Positions 1 through 9,249 of a stretch of 64,000 nt of DNA are shown piece after piece. The first letter of the stretch is position 1; each line of letters begins with the position of its first letter. Made by a program: the position numbers and the translations under genes. The stretch is from Nannocystis bainbridge (lineage in GTDB: Bacteria > Myxococcota_A > Polyangia > Nannocystales > Nannocystaceae). The notes beneath the pieces were generated by a model. That model saw nothing but the letters and a program-made list of their open reading frames with translations, did no database searches and was not told the origin of the DNA. Location of the stretch: positions 2,912,001 through 2,976,000 of the forward strand of contig NZ_JAQNDL010000003.1 of assembly GCF_028368995.1 (NCBI RefSeq), written 5' to 3'.

Positions 1-228
1 CGCGGTGATCGACAGCAGCGCGTCGCGCAGCAGCGCCTGCTTGGTCGGCCAGCGGCGGTACACCGTCGTCTTGTTGACCCCGGCCCGGGCCGCGACCTCG
101 TCGATGCGCAGCCCGTGGTAGCCCGCGCGTCCGACCTCGCCCAGCGCGGCCGCGAGCACCTTGCGCACCACCGCCTCACCGCGCGCCCGCGGCTGCGCCC
201 GTCGCCTCGCCTGGACCTTCGCGCTCAT
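1..228 (-). CDS. TetR/AcrR family regulator (N-terminal part; runs off the window start)
   Basis: Manual translation MSAKVQARR...LRIDEVAARAGVNKTTVYRRWPTKQALL is a TetR HTH; divergent from the P450. Confidence 0.9.
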   Translation of the reverse strand, partial: MSAKVQARRRAQPRARGEAVVRKVLAAALGEVGRAGYHGLRIDEVAARAGVNKTTVYRRWPTKQALLRDALLSITA

Positions 229-267
229 CGGGGCTCGCCTGCGAGCGTAGCTCGAGGCCCGGCAATT

Positions 268-328
268 TCGCAACGACTCGTTGCGATCGCCAGGACGATG
301 TGCCACCTTCCGGGCAACGGACGGTTGC
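268..328. promoter_or_regulatory. Two candidate TetR operators
   Basis: Perfect IR TCGCAACG-ACT-CGTTGCGA at 268-286 and related GCAAC-GGACG-GTTGC at 314-328, between divergent tetR and P450. Confidence 0.65.
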
Positions 329-464
329 GATCTGCCGCTGTCCGCAGGCAGCCCCGCGCTGCGAGGAGCCCCGAGCCGATGCATCGTCGCCCATTCAACG
401 CCAGCCCTGCTGCCGCGGTACGCACTCTCACCGGGCCCGGCGCGGGCCACGAGCGGGGTCGACC

Positions 465-1802
465 ATGAAGGCGCCCGGCCCCGGTCTGTTTCAGTTCATC
501 CGCGGCGTCAAGCAGCGCGGCTTCCTCGAGTTCGCCGGCAAGCAGTGGCGCGAGCACGGCGACGTGTTCAAGGTCGACATCGGCCGGCGCACGCTGATGT
601 TCGTCATGCACCCCGACGCGGTCGAGCGGGTCAACCTGTCGCACCGGCAGAACTACGACAAGCGCGCCAGCTACGACTCCGTGCGCAAGTACCTGATCGG
701 CGACGGCCTCGTCACCAGCTCCGGCGAGCTGTGGCGGCGGCAACGCAAGCTGATGGCGCCGTTCTTCACGCCGAAGGGCATCCAGACCTACGCCGACCTG
801 ATGATCCGCGACACCGCTCGCCTGGTCGAGCGCTGGCAGGGCCTGGCCGCCGCCGGCACCGAGGTCGAGATCGCCGAGGAGATGACCTTCATCACCGCCT
901 CGATCATCCTCAAGGCGATGTTCAGCACCGAGACGATGGAGTCGATCCATCAGATGAAGGACGCCGTCGGGACGATGATCTCGTTCACCGACACCAAGAT
1001 GACCGGCGTGCACCTGCCCCTGTGGGTGCCGACCAGCAGGAACCGCAAGTACCTCGCCGCGCGCGAGCTGGTCAATCGATCGATCACCAGCCTCATCGCC
1101 CAGCGCCGCGCCACCGACGAGGCCAATTGGCCCGACGACCTGCTGTCGCGCCTGATGAAGGCCCGCGACGAAGAGACCGGTCAGCCGATGTCCGAGTCGC
1201 TGCTGCGCGACGAGTCGATCACCGCCTTCTTCGCCGGCCACGAGACCACCGCGCGCACCATGACCTTCACCTGGTACGCGCTGGCGGCCAACCCGAAGGT
1301 GACCGAGCGGCTTCACGAGGAGATCGATCGCGTGCTCGGCGATCGCCCGCTCGCGGCCGAGGACCTGCGCCAGCTCCCGTACGCGCTGCAGGTCGTCAAA
1401 GAGGTGCTGCGGCTGTATCCGGCGGCGCCGTTCTACGTGCGCGACGCGGTCGCCGGCGACAAGATCGGCGGCTTCGACGTGCCCGCGGGCGCGGCGGTGA
1501 TGCTTTCGCCGTACTACACGCACCGGCACCCGCAGTTCTGGGACGACCCCGAGGCGTTCGACCCCGACCGCTGGACCCGCGAGCGCGAGAAGGCCCGCCA
1601 CGACCACGCTTACCACCCGTTCGCCGCCGGCCCGCGGGTCTGCATCGGCAACAACTTCTCGCTGCTCGAGAGCCACGTGCTGCTGGTGATGCTGGCCCAG
1701 CGCTTCACCCCCAGGCTGCGCCCCGGCTACGTGCCGCAGTGGATCATGGAGGGCACGCTCGGCCTCGGCAACGGCTTGCCGATGACGATCGCCGCCCGCT
1801 GA
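465..1802 (+). CDS. Cytochrome P450
   Basis: I-helix FAGHETT, ExxR (EVLR), heme motif FAAGPRVCIG; start ATG 465 (MKAPGP). Confidence 0.95.
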   Translation: MKAPGPGLFQFIRGVKQRGFLEFAGKQWREHGDVFKVDIGRRTLMFVMHPDAVERVNLSHRQNYDKRASYDSVRKYLIGDGLVTSSGELWRRQRKLMAPFFTPKGIQTYADLMIRDTARLVERWQGLAAAGTEVEIAEEMTFITASIILKAMFSTETMESIHQMKDAVGTMISFTDTKMTGVHLPLWVPTSRNRKYLAARELVNRSITSLIAQRRATDEANWPDDLLSRLMKARDEETGQPMSESLLRDESITAFFAGHETTARTMTFTWYALAANPKVTERLHEEIDRVLGDRPLAAEDLRQLPYALQVVKEVLRLYPAAPFYVRDAVAGDKIGGFDVPAGAAVMLSPYYTHRHPQFWDDPEAFDPDRWTREREKARHDHAYHPFAAGPRVCIGNNFSLLESHVLLVMLAQRFTPRLRPGYVPQWIMEGTLGLGNGLPMTIAAR

Positions 1803-1852
1803 GCCGCGTCAGATCGGGCGCATCCTCGGTTAACTTCCCGGGTGGAGCTGCC

Positions 1853-2761
1853 ATGAGCCAATTCCACCCCGACCTGGCCTTCGTCGCGCGCCTGCTGCCC
1901 CGCTTCGCCTTCGGCCCGCGCATTATTAAACTGTCGCGCCTGTTCGCGCGCGAGGCCGGCCCGCCGCGCAGCACCCCGGGCATCGACGCCTCCCTGCGGG
2001 CGATCCCCGGCGGCGGCACGGCCCGCGTGTTCACGCCCACCGGCATCACCGCGCCCACACCGGCCATGCTGTGGGTCCACGGCGGCGGCTTCATCGTCGG
2101 CTCGCCGGCGCAGGACGACGCGGTGGCGACGATGTTCGCGCGCGAGCTCGGGATCACCGTCGTCGCGCCCTCGTATCGCCTCGCGCCCGAGCACCCGTTC
2201 CCGGCCGCGATCGACGATCTGTTCGCCGCGCTCACCTGGCTGCACGCCAGCGCCGACGCGCTGCGCGTGCGGCCGGACCGGATCGTCGTCGCGGGCGCCA
2301 GCGCCGGCGGCGGGCTCGCGGCCGGCCTCACCCTGCTGGCGCGCGACCGCCAGGTCCCGGTCGCCTTCCAGCACCTCGTCTATCCGATGCTCGACGATCG
2401 CACCGTCGGCAGGACGATCGACGGCGCCAACCATCGCATCTGGACGGCCAGGAGCAACCGCTTCGGCTGGACGTCCTACCTCGGCCGCGAGCCGGACACC
2501 GACGACTTGCCGATCTACGCCGCACCCGCGCGCGCCGAATCCCTCGCCGGCCTGCCGCCGACGTGGATCGGCGTCGGCACCTTCGACCTGTTCCACGACG
2601 AGGACGTCGCCTACGCCCGCCGCCTCGCCGCCGCCGGCGTGCCCGTCGAGCTCGAGGTCGTGCCCGGGGTGTTCCACGCCTTTGACCGCTTCGCCCGCGC
2701 GGGCGTGGCCAAATCGTTCGCCGCCAAGCAGGTCGCCGCGCTCCGCCGCGCCCTCGCGTGA
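1853..2761 (+). CDS. Alpha/beta hydrolase, HSL-type esterase/lipase
   Basis: HGGG oxyanion motif, GASAGG nucleophile elbow, YPMLDDR, GVFHAF. Confidence 0.92.
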   Translation: MSQFHPDLAFVARLLPRFAFGPRIIKLSRLFAREAGPPRSTPGIDASLRAIPGGGTARVFTPTGITAPTPAMLWVHGGGFIVGSPAQDDAVATMFARELGITVVAPSYRLAPEHPFPAAIDDLFAALTWLHASADALRVRPDRIVVAGASAGGGLAAGLTLLARDRQVPVAFQHLVYPMLDDRTVGRTIDGANHRIWTARSNRFGWTSYLGREPDTDDLPIYAAPARAESLAGLPPTWIGVGTFDLFHDEDVAYARRLAAAGVPVELEVVPGVFHAFDRFARAGVAKSFAAKQVAALRRALA

Positions 2762-2766
2762 GTTCA

Positions 2767-2808
2767 TGTCCTGACGGACATGTTTATAATGACATGTCCT
2801 GATGAACA
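2767..2808. repeat. Array of 3 tiled 14-bp TGTCC-N4-GGACA-type palindromes at a convergent junction
   Basis: TGTCCTGACGGACA, TGTTTATAATGACA, TGTCCTGATGAACA abut at 14-bp period. Confidence 0.85.
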
Positions 2809-2820
2809 CATCATTCGCGC

Positions 2821-3927
2821 TCACCACTTCGGCGAAGTCAGCGCGATCGGCAGCACCGCGACGCGCCGCAGGGTCGCCCCGACCTCCCACACGCGCCCCA
2901 CGATCTTCGCGTTCACGTCCTCGACCGTCACCCAGTGCAGCCGATCCGCGTGCATGAACGCGAGGGCCGGCAGCGGCAGCGAGAACGGCAGCCCGCACTG
3001 ATGATCGCGCAGCAAGAACGAGTCCGGCCACGCGCGATCGGCCCTGGCCACCAGCGCCTGCCCCGAGCCGTCGGCCAGCTCGCGCACCACCGACAGCTGC
3101 GCGCTCTTCACACTGCGCCCGTGCTCCACCGCATGCAGCACGTGCAGCGGCTCGCTCCCGTCGGCGAGCGTCACCCGCACCGCCCGCCACCGCCGCTTGC
3201 GCAGCGCCGCGATCTGCTTGTCGAACAAGGAGCGATCGATCGGCGCCGCCGCGTCCGTCACCGGGATCATCGCCCCCGGCTCGTCGAAGTCCTTGTCCGG
3301 GTCCTGACACACCGCGTCGACGCGGACCTCGAACTGCATCGCCACGGGCGTCGGCGGGCGATGCCGGCGATGAAACGCGAACACGAAGTCGAGCGGCGGT
3401 CCGCCATCCACCATGTACTTCGCGGCCGCCCCGGCGCCGAGTGCCTCGTCGCACCGCAGCGGCGCCTCGGTGACGATCGCCACCGCCTTCACGCACGTCT
3501 CCTCGCTCTCGTCGGAGGTCACCGCCTCCGGCGCTGACAGCCCCGCGCCGCAGTATTCGAACGATTTGCCGGCCGCCGCGCGCACCGCCCCGCCGGCGTT
3601 CGTCATCACCCACAGCGGCTCGCCCTCGCGCCAGCCTTCGACCTCGGGCCCGACGACGAACGGCCCCTCGTCAGGCTGGTCCTGTCGACAGCGGCCGAAC
3701 GCGAGCTTCGACAGATCGAACTCGACCAGCTCCGCCGGATCGGCCGGCACCCGCGCAGGCACGACGGCGACCTCCGGCTCGCTCGCAACCGCAGTCGGCG
3801 GCGGCGGGGACTCGCGCGGCGCCGGCACCTTCGGCGCCGCTCGCGGCGTGCACGCCAACATCACGCACACGAGCGCATGCCGCGGACCGAACTCGAACAC
3901 CCTGCCTTCGCGTCGCCGCCTCATCAT
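2821..3927 (-). CDS. Hypothetical lipoprotein
   Basis: C-terminal part of ORF 2821..4839 has a lipobox-like VMLAC, a Pro-rich linker and a globular region; start uncertain. Confidence 0.65.
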   Translation of the reverse strand: MMRRRREGRVFEFGPRHALVCVMLACTPRAAPKVPAPRESPPPPTAVASEPEVAVVPARVPADPAELVEFDLSKLAFGRCRQDQPDEGPFVVGPEVEGWREGEPLWVMTNAGGAVRAAAGKSFEYCGAGLSAPEAVTSDESEETCVKAVAIVTEAPLRCDEALGAGAAAKYMVDGGPPLDFVFAFHRRHRPPTPVAMQFEVRVDAVCQDPDKDFDEPGAMIPVTDAAAPIDRSLFDKQIAALRKRRWRAVRVTLADGSEPLHVLHAVEHGRSVKSAQLSVVRELADGSGQALVARADRAWPDSFLLRDHQCGLPFSLPLPALAFMHADRLHWVTVEDVNAKIVGRVWEVGATLRRVAVLPIALTSPKW

Positions 3928-3944
3928 GCGCCCTGTCCTCGGCG

Positions 3945-4874
3945 TCAGCGCGAGGCCGTGATCGGGAAGTTCTGATCGACGCAAGGCGCCCCCAGCATGC
4001 CGTTGAAGCACGAGCACTGAGCGCCCGTGAACGTCAGTCGATACGTCCCCGACCACGTGTCCTTGTCGACGAACTCGCCCTCGACCGCGTACGTCTCGGT
4101 GCACCCGCCCGCGATCGACGCCTCGTTGGCGAAATCGCCGTCGGGGCACATCGTCGGCTCGCCCGCCATGGCGATCGGGTTCGAAGGGCTCGACACGATC
4201 GTCGCCCCGTCGCCAGAGAACGTGAACGCCGAGATGTTGACCGACACCAGCCCGGCGCAGCACGTGTAGCTGACCGGCGCGCCCTCGATCGTGTAGAGCC
4301 CGTCTGGGTCGCACGCCTCCACCGCGCACGCTCCGTCGCAGCCGTCGCCCGCGTCGAGGTTGCCGTCGTCGCACGCCTCGCCCGCGTCGAGGTTGCCGTC
4401 GCCGCACGCGCTGCAGCCCTGAGTGTCGAACTCGCACGCCTCGGTGCACCCGAGCTCGCCGCCGTCGAAGCCCTGCGATTGACACGAAGCGCCGCCGAGT
4501 TGGTCGCCGTCGCACGACTCGTCGGCGTCGAGGACCCCGTCCCCACACGCGAGCGGCGGCCGCCCGGTCGTCGTGCTGTCGACGCCCGTCGTCGTCGTCG
4601 TGCTCGTCGTGCTCGTCGTCGAGGTCACCGGCTCGCCCGTCGTCGGCTCCGCCGTCGTGCTGGTCGAGGTCGAGGTCGTGCCCGGCTCCGTCGTCGTGCT
4701 CGTCGTCGGCGTGCCCGTCGTCGGCGTGCCCGTCGTGCCCGTGCTCGTGCTCGTGCTCGTCTCCGTCGCATTGCCGCTGTCGGTCGTCGCGCCCGGGTCG
4801 TCCCCGCCGCAACCGATCACCAGCAACCCCGCCAACCACCCCGCCCGACCCAGACCTCGCGCAAGCTCGTTCAT
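3945..4874 (-). CDS. Thr-rich lipoprotein with myxobacterial Cys-rich repeats
   Basis: LLVIGC lipobox, Thr-rich stalk, CGDGVLDADESCDG and CGDGNLDAGEACDDGN...GDGC repeats. Confidence 0.85.
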   Translation of the reverse strand: MNELARGLGRAGWLAGLLVIGCGGDDPGATTDSGNATETSTSTSTGTTGTPTTGTPTTSTTTEPGTTSTSTSTTAEPTTGEPVTSTTSTTSTTTTTGVDSTTTGRPPLACGDGVLDADESCDGDQLGGASCQSQGFDGGELGCTEACEFDTQGCSACGDGNLDAGEACDDGNLDAGDGCDGACAVEACDPDGLYTIEGAPVSYTCCAGLVSVNISAFTFSGDGATIVSSPSNPIAMAGEPTMCPDGDFANEASIAGGCTETYAVEGEFVDKDTWSGTYRLTFTGAQCSCFNGMLGAPCVDQNFPITASR

Positions 4875-4972
4875 CCCGTGATGAGACGCCGGAACGCCGC
4901 TCGTGGCAAGCGCGCGCTGGACCGATCCGTCGCTCGCGGGCGCGCGCGACCGCCTCCGCGCCCGGGACCTCG

Positions 4973-5641
4973 CTATTTGCGACGGCCCCGGCTCGCCCGC
5001 GCCGGCTCGGCCTTCGCGCTCGAATGACCGGCCACGCGCAGCCCCAGGTGCATCGCCAGCAGCACCGCCGACTCGACCGGCACGAGCGCCTCGCGGGCCT
5101 CGTTCGCGGTCGGGTCGATGAACACCCCGGTCGCCGCCGAGAAGTCGGCCTTGCGCAGCTTGCACCCGCGGAACACGCTGCCGGCCAGCGAGCTGCCGCG
5201 AAAGTCGGCCTCGCCGAGGTCGACCTCGAAGAAGTTGGCCTCGCTGATCGTGCAATCGACGAACTGCGTCCGACACAGGCTCAGGCGCAGGAACGACGCG
5301 AACTGCAGCGTGCACTCGTGGAACGCCAGGCTGGCGAACCGCCCGAGCTCCGTCCATTCGACGCCCATCAGCTTGCACTCGCGGAACTGCAGCTTGCCCG
5401 CGACCATCCCGGCCGGTCGCGCCTGCGTCAGGTCGCAGCGCTCGAACACGCAGTCCTCGAGCCGACAGCCGCGCCAGCGGGTCTCCTGCGCCTTGCAGCC
5501 GACGAAGGTGCAGCCCGCGAACTCCTTGCCCGCGAGCTCGGCCTCTTGCATCTCGAGCCCGGTGAACGTCCGGTCCTCGAACGAGCTCCCGCGGAGCAGG
5601 CTCTCGAGGTCGGACCCTTCGTCGTCGTCCGCGCGCGCCAT
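4973..5641 (-). CDS. Pentapeptide repeat protein
   Basis: Tandem A(D/N)L/F-type pentapeptides (EANFF, EVDLG, EADFR, GSSLA, KADFS). Confidence 0.9.
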   Translation of the reverse strand: MARADDDEGSDLESLLRGSSFEDRTFTGLEMQEAELAGKEFAGCTFVGCKAQETRWRGCRLEDCVFERCDLTQARPAGMVAGKLQFRECKLMGVEWTELGRFASLAFHECTLQFASFLRLSLCRTQFVDCTISEANFFEVDLGEADFRGSSLAGSVFRGCKLRKADFSAATGVFIDPTANEAREALVPVESAVLLAMHLGLRVAGHSSAKAEPARASRGRRK

Positions 5642-5862
5642 GAGCCGGCACGCTCGCACCGACCTGCCGCCGCGGTCAAACGCGGCCCCTCACTCCGCGC
5701 CGTCCCCGTGACGACTTGCGAAACTCCGTCGCCTCGTGACCACGCCGCGATCATGAACATCAAACGTCCTCGAATCATACAAGGCATCGAACACCCCATG
5801 AGCCCATCCCCCCGCGTCCCGCCCCACTGGCGCCGCGCGCGGGCCTGCGTTAGCCTCCGATC

Positions 5863-6342
5863 GTGCCGCACCCACCCGCGCTGTTCGCCTTCGAGGGCGA
5901 CTTCCAGACCGACCTCCGCTGCATCCCGATGGCCGTGCGGCACCACCTCGACCTGTGCGGGATCAAGCTGTCGCTCAAGGAGTGGGTCAAGCTCGGCCCC
6001 GAGCAACGCAGCGCCGTCGTCGCCCTGCTCGACGGCTCCGACCCCGACAGCGCCGAGGCCGTGCGCCGGTTCGACGCCGCCGTCGTCGCCATGGTCGAGG
6101 CGCGCATGGGCGAGCCGCCGGCGCGCCTGCCCGTCGACCCCGCGCCGGCGTGGGCCGATGTCGCCCGCGTCCCCGACGAGGTCGCTGCCAAGGCGGCCGC
6201 CGAGGGCGTGGCCGTGACGCCGCCGCAGTGGGCGGCGCTGGCCCCGCTGCAGCGCTTCGCGCTCTACAAGCTCAGCCGCTCGAGCCACAAGAACGAGAAC
6301 TTCGTGCCCGCGTGCCGCGAGTTCGGCATCCCCGCCCCGTGA
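5863..6342 (+). CDS. Nitrate reductase-associated protein (NarM-like)
   Basis: FAFEGDF..DLRCIPMAVR..LDLCGIKLSL..W and LQRFALYKLSRSSH.N.NF match this family. Confidence 0.8.
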   Translation: MPHPPALFAFEGDFQTDLRCIPMAVRHHLDLCGIKLSLKEWVKLGPEQRSAVVALLDGSDPDSAEAVRRFDAAVVAMVEARMGEPPARLPVDPAPAWADVARVPDEVAAKAAAEGVAVTPPQWAALAPLQRFALYKLSRSSHKNENFVPACREFGIPAP

Positions 6343-7160
6343 CCACGCCCGACCCGCGCACGCGCCCGGCGGCCGCGGTGCTCTACCGCGGCGACGAGGT
6401 CAGCGCGCGCCGCGACCTACTCGCCGTCGAGGACCCGCTGGAGATCCGCGTCGTCACCGCCGACGACCCCGAGCCGCGCCGCCTGGCGATGACGATGCGC
6501 ACGCCGGGCGACGACGCCGACCTCGCCGCCGGCTTCCTCTTCACCGAGGGCATCGTCCGCGCGCGCGAGCAGATCGCCGACATCACCTGCTCCGAAGACC
6601 ATGTGCGCGTCGACCTCGCCGCCGGCGTGCGCCTGCCCACGTCTGTCCCAAAGCGCAGCTTCGTCATGACCTCGGCCTGCGGGGTGTGCGGCCGCGAGTC
6701 GCTCGACGACCTGCGCGCGCGGCCGCCGGCGCCGCTGACCCCGGGCTCGCCCCAACTGGCCGCGAAGGTCGTGCCCGGCCTGCCGGCGGCGCTGCTGCGG
6801 GCCCAGGCGACCTTCGCCGCGACCGGAGGGATCCACGCAGCCGGGCTGTTCGACCTGCGCGGTGAGCTTCGTCTCCTGCGTGAGGATGTCGGCCGTCACA
6901 ACGCGGTCGACAAGCTCGTCGGCGCCCTCCTGCGCGCCGGCCAATTGCCCGCGGTCGACGCCGTCCTGCTGGTCAGCGCGCGCGCCAGCTTCGAGCTGGT
7001 CCAGAAGGCCCTCATGGCTCAGATCGCCATCTTCGCGGCCGTCGGCGCGCCCTCGAGCCTGGCCGTCGACCTCGCCGTCGAGGCCGACATGACCTTGCTG
7101 GGCTTCGTGCGCGAAGGTCGCTTCACGGTGTACAGCGGCGGCCTGCGGATCTCGCACTGA
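6339..7160 (+). CDS. fdhD: Formate dehydrogenase accessory sulfurtransferase FdhD
   Basis: MRTPG, SACGVCG, TGGIHAA, EDVGRHNAVDK; GTG start overlaps the upstream stop. Confidence 0.95.
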   Translation: MTTPDPRTRPAAAVLYRGDEVSARRDLLAVEDPLEIRVVTADDPEPRRLAMTMRTPGDDADLAAGFLFTEGIVRAREQIADITCSEDHVRVDLAAGVRLPTSVPKRSFVMTSACGVCGRESLDDLRARPPAPLTPGSPQLAAKVVPGLPAALLRAQATFAATGGIHAAGLFDLRGELRLLREDVGRHNAVDKLVGALLRAGQLPAVDAVLLVSARASFELVQKALMAQIAIFAAVGAPSSLAVDLAVEADMTLLGFVREGRFTVYSGGLRISH

Positions 7161-7222
7161 ACCGCCGCCGCCGATCACTTCCGCGTTTGGGACCGGGCCC
7201 GGAACTCGGTAGATTCGCTGGT

Positions 7223-7696
7223 ATGAGCTCCGACGCGATCGACCAGGCGCTGGCCCAGAGCGGGCACCTGCCTGGCGGTTTGTTGCAGGTCCTGCACGGC
7301 ATCGCCGACCGCCTCGGCCACGTCCCGCCCGAGGCGATCGGCCGCGTCGCCGCCGCGCTCAACCTCTCGCGCGCCGAGGTCCATGGGGTCGTCAGCTTCT
7401 ATCACGACTTCCGCAGCGAGCCGCCCGGCCGCCACGTGCTCAAGCTGTGCCGCGCCGAGGCGTGCCAGGCGATGGGCAGCGAGGCCCTCGCGGGCGCGCT
7501 CGAGCGCCGCCTCGGCTGCAAGTTCGGCGACACCTCGGCGGACGGCGCGGTGACCCTCGAGCCCGTATACTGCCTCGGCAACTGTGCCGCGGCGCCGTCG
7601 CTCCTGCTCGACGGGCAGCTGCGCGGCCGCCTCACCGGCGAGCGCCTCGACCGCCTGGTCGATTCGCTCGTCACCCCCGCGGAGGAGCGCGCATGA
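7223..7696 (+). CDS. fdsG: NAD-dependent formate dehydrogenase gamma subunit (NuoE-like 2Fe-2S)
   Basis: LSRAEVHGVVSFYHDF, CRAEAC, YCLGNC. Confidence 0.92.
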   Translation: MSSDAIDQALAQSGHLPGGLLQVLHGIADRLGHVPPEAIGRVAAALNLSRAEVHGVVSFYHDFRSEPPGRHVLKLCRAEACQAMGSEALAGALERRLGCKFGDTSADGAVTLEPVYCLGNCAAAPSLLLDGQLRGRLTGERLDRLVDSLVTPAEERA

Positions 7697-9228
7697 CCCA
7701 CATCGTCTACGTCCCGATCGACGCCACCGCGCGATCCGTCGGCGCCGATGAAGTCGCGGCGGCGATCGCCCGCGAGGCCGCGGCCCGCGGCGAGCCGGTC
7801 AAGATCGTCCGCAACGGCACGCGCGGAATGTGCTGGCTCGAGCCGCTGGTCGAGGTCGTCACCCCCGCCGGCCGCGTCGCCTACGGCCCGGTCGAGGTCA
7901 CCGACGTCGCCTCGCTGTTCGCCGCCGACTTCCTGCGCGGCGGCGATCACCCGCTGGCCCACGGCCGCACCGACGACATCACCTGGCTCAAGAGCCAGGA
8001 GCGACTCACCTTCGCCCGCGTCGGCCTCACCGACCCGCTCGACCTCGCCGACTACCAGGCCCACGGCGGCCTGCGCGGCCTGCGAGCCGCCCTGTCCCTG
8101 GGGACAGGTGGCGACATCATCGAGGAGGTCGTGAAGAGCGGCCTGCGCGGTCGCGGCGGCGCCGCCTTCCCGGCCGGCATCAAGTGGCGCACCGTCGCCG
8201 GCGCCGTCGCCGATCGCAAGTACATCTGCTGCAACGCCGACGAGGGCGACAGCGGCACCTTCAGCGACCGCATGGTGATGGAGGGCGACCCGTACGTCCT
8301 GCTCGAGGGCATGGCGATCGCCGGCCTCGCCGTCGGCGCCGAGTACGGCTACATCTACCTCCGCTCCGAGTACCCCGACGCCGAGCGCGCCTTGCAGGCC
8401 GCGATCGCCTGCGCGCGCGCGGCCGGCTGGCTCGGGCGCGACATCCTCGGCAGCGGCCGCAGCTTCGACATCGAGCTGCGCCGCGGCGCCGGCGCGTACA
8501 TCTGCGGCGAAGAGACCGCCATGCTCGAGAGCCTCGAGGGCAAGCGCGGCATGGTCCGGCCCAAGCCGCCGCTGCCGGCGATCTCCGGCCTGTTCGGCAG
8601 GCCCACCGTCATCAACAACGTCATCACCCTCGCCAGCGTCCCGATCATCCTCGACCGCGGCGCGCAGTACTACGCCGACTACGGCATGGGTCGCTCGCGC
8701 GGCACCTTGCCGTTTCAGCTCGCCGGCAACATCAAGCGCGGCGGCCTGGTCGAGAAGGCCTTCGGCCTCACCCTGCGCGAGCTCGTGCACGACTACGGCG
8801 GCGGCACGGCCAGCGGTCGGCCCGTGCGCGCCGTCCAGGTCGGCGGCCCGCTCGGCCCTTACTTGCCCGAGTCCAAGTTCGACATCCCGCTCGACTACGA
8901 GGTCTTCGCCGCTGCCGGCGGCATGATCGGCCACGGCGGCCTCGTCGTCTTCGACGACACCGTCGACATGGCCCTCATGGCTCGTTATGCCATGGAGTTC
9001 TGCGCCATCGAGTCGTGCGGCAAGTGCACCCCGTGCCGGATCGGCAGCACCCGCGGCGTCGAGGTCATCGACCGCATCCGCAACAACGAGCGGCGCGGCC
9101 CCAACCTCGTCCTCTTGCGCGATCTCTGCGACACCATGACCCACGGCTCCCTGTGTGCCATGGGCGGCCTCACCCCCGCTCCCGTGCTCAGCGCGCTCGA
9201 GCACTTCCCCGAGGACTTCCAGCGCTGA
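7693..9228 (+). CDS. fdsB: NAD-dependent formate dehydrogenase beta subunit (NuoF-like)
   Basis: SGLRGRGGAAFP, NADEGDSGT, GAYICGEET, ESCGKCTPCR. Confidence 0.95.
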   Translation: MTHIVYVPIDATARSVGADEVAAAIAREAAARGEPVKIVRNGTRGMCWLEPLVEVVTPAGRVAYGPVEVTDVASLFAADFLRGGDHPLAHGRTDDITWLKSQERLTFARVGLTDPLDLADYQAHGGLRGLRAALSLGTGGDIIEEVVKSGLRGRGGAAFPAGIKWRTVAGAVADRKYICCNADEGDSGTFSDRMVMEGDPYVLLEGMAIAGLAVGAEYGYIYLRSEYPDAERALQAAIACARAAGWLGRDILGSGRSFDIELRRGAGAYICGEETAMLESLEGKRGMVRPKPPLPAISGLFGRPTVINNVITLASVPIILDRGAQYYADYGMGRSRGTLPFQLAGNIKRGGLVEKAFGLTLRELVHDYGGGTASGRPVRAVQVGGPLGPYLPESKFDIPLDYEVFAAAGGMIGHGGLVVFDDTVDMALMARYAMEFCAIESCGKCTPCRIGSTRGVEVIDRIRNNERRGPNLVLLRDLCDTMTHGSLCAMGGLTPAPVLSALEHFPEDFQR

Positions 9229-9249
9229 CGCGCGCAGGAGGAATCAGCC

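Noticed and set aside
465-1802. P450 as sterol demethylase CYP51 linked to the squalene genes
   Set aside because: The I-helix is AGHETT rather than the CYP51-type HT(S/T) motif; it is about 27 kb away and has its own TetR.
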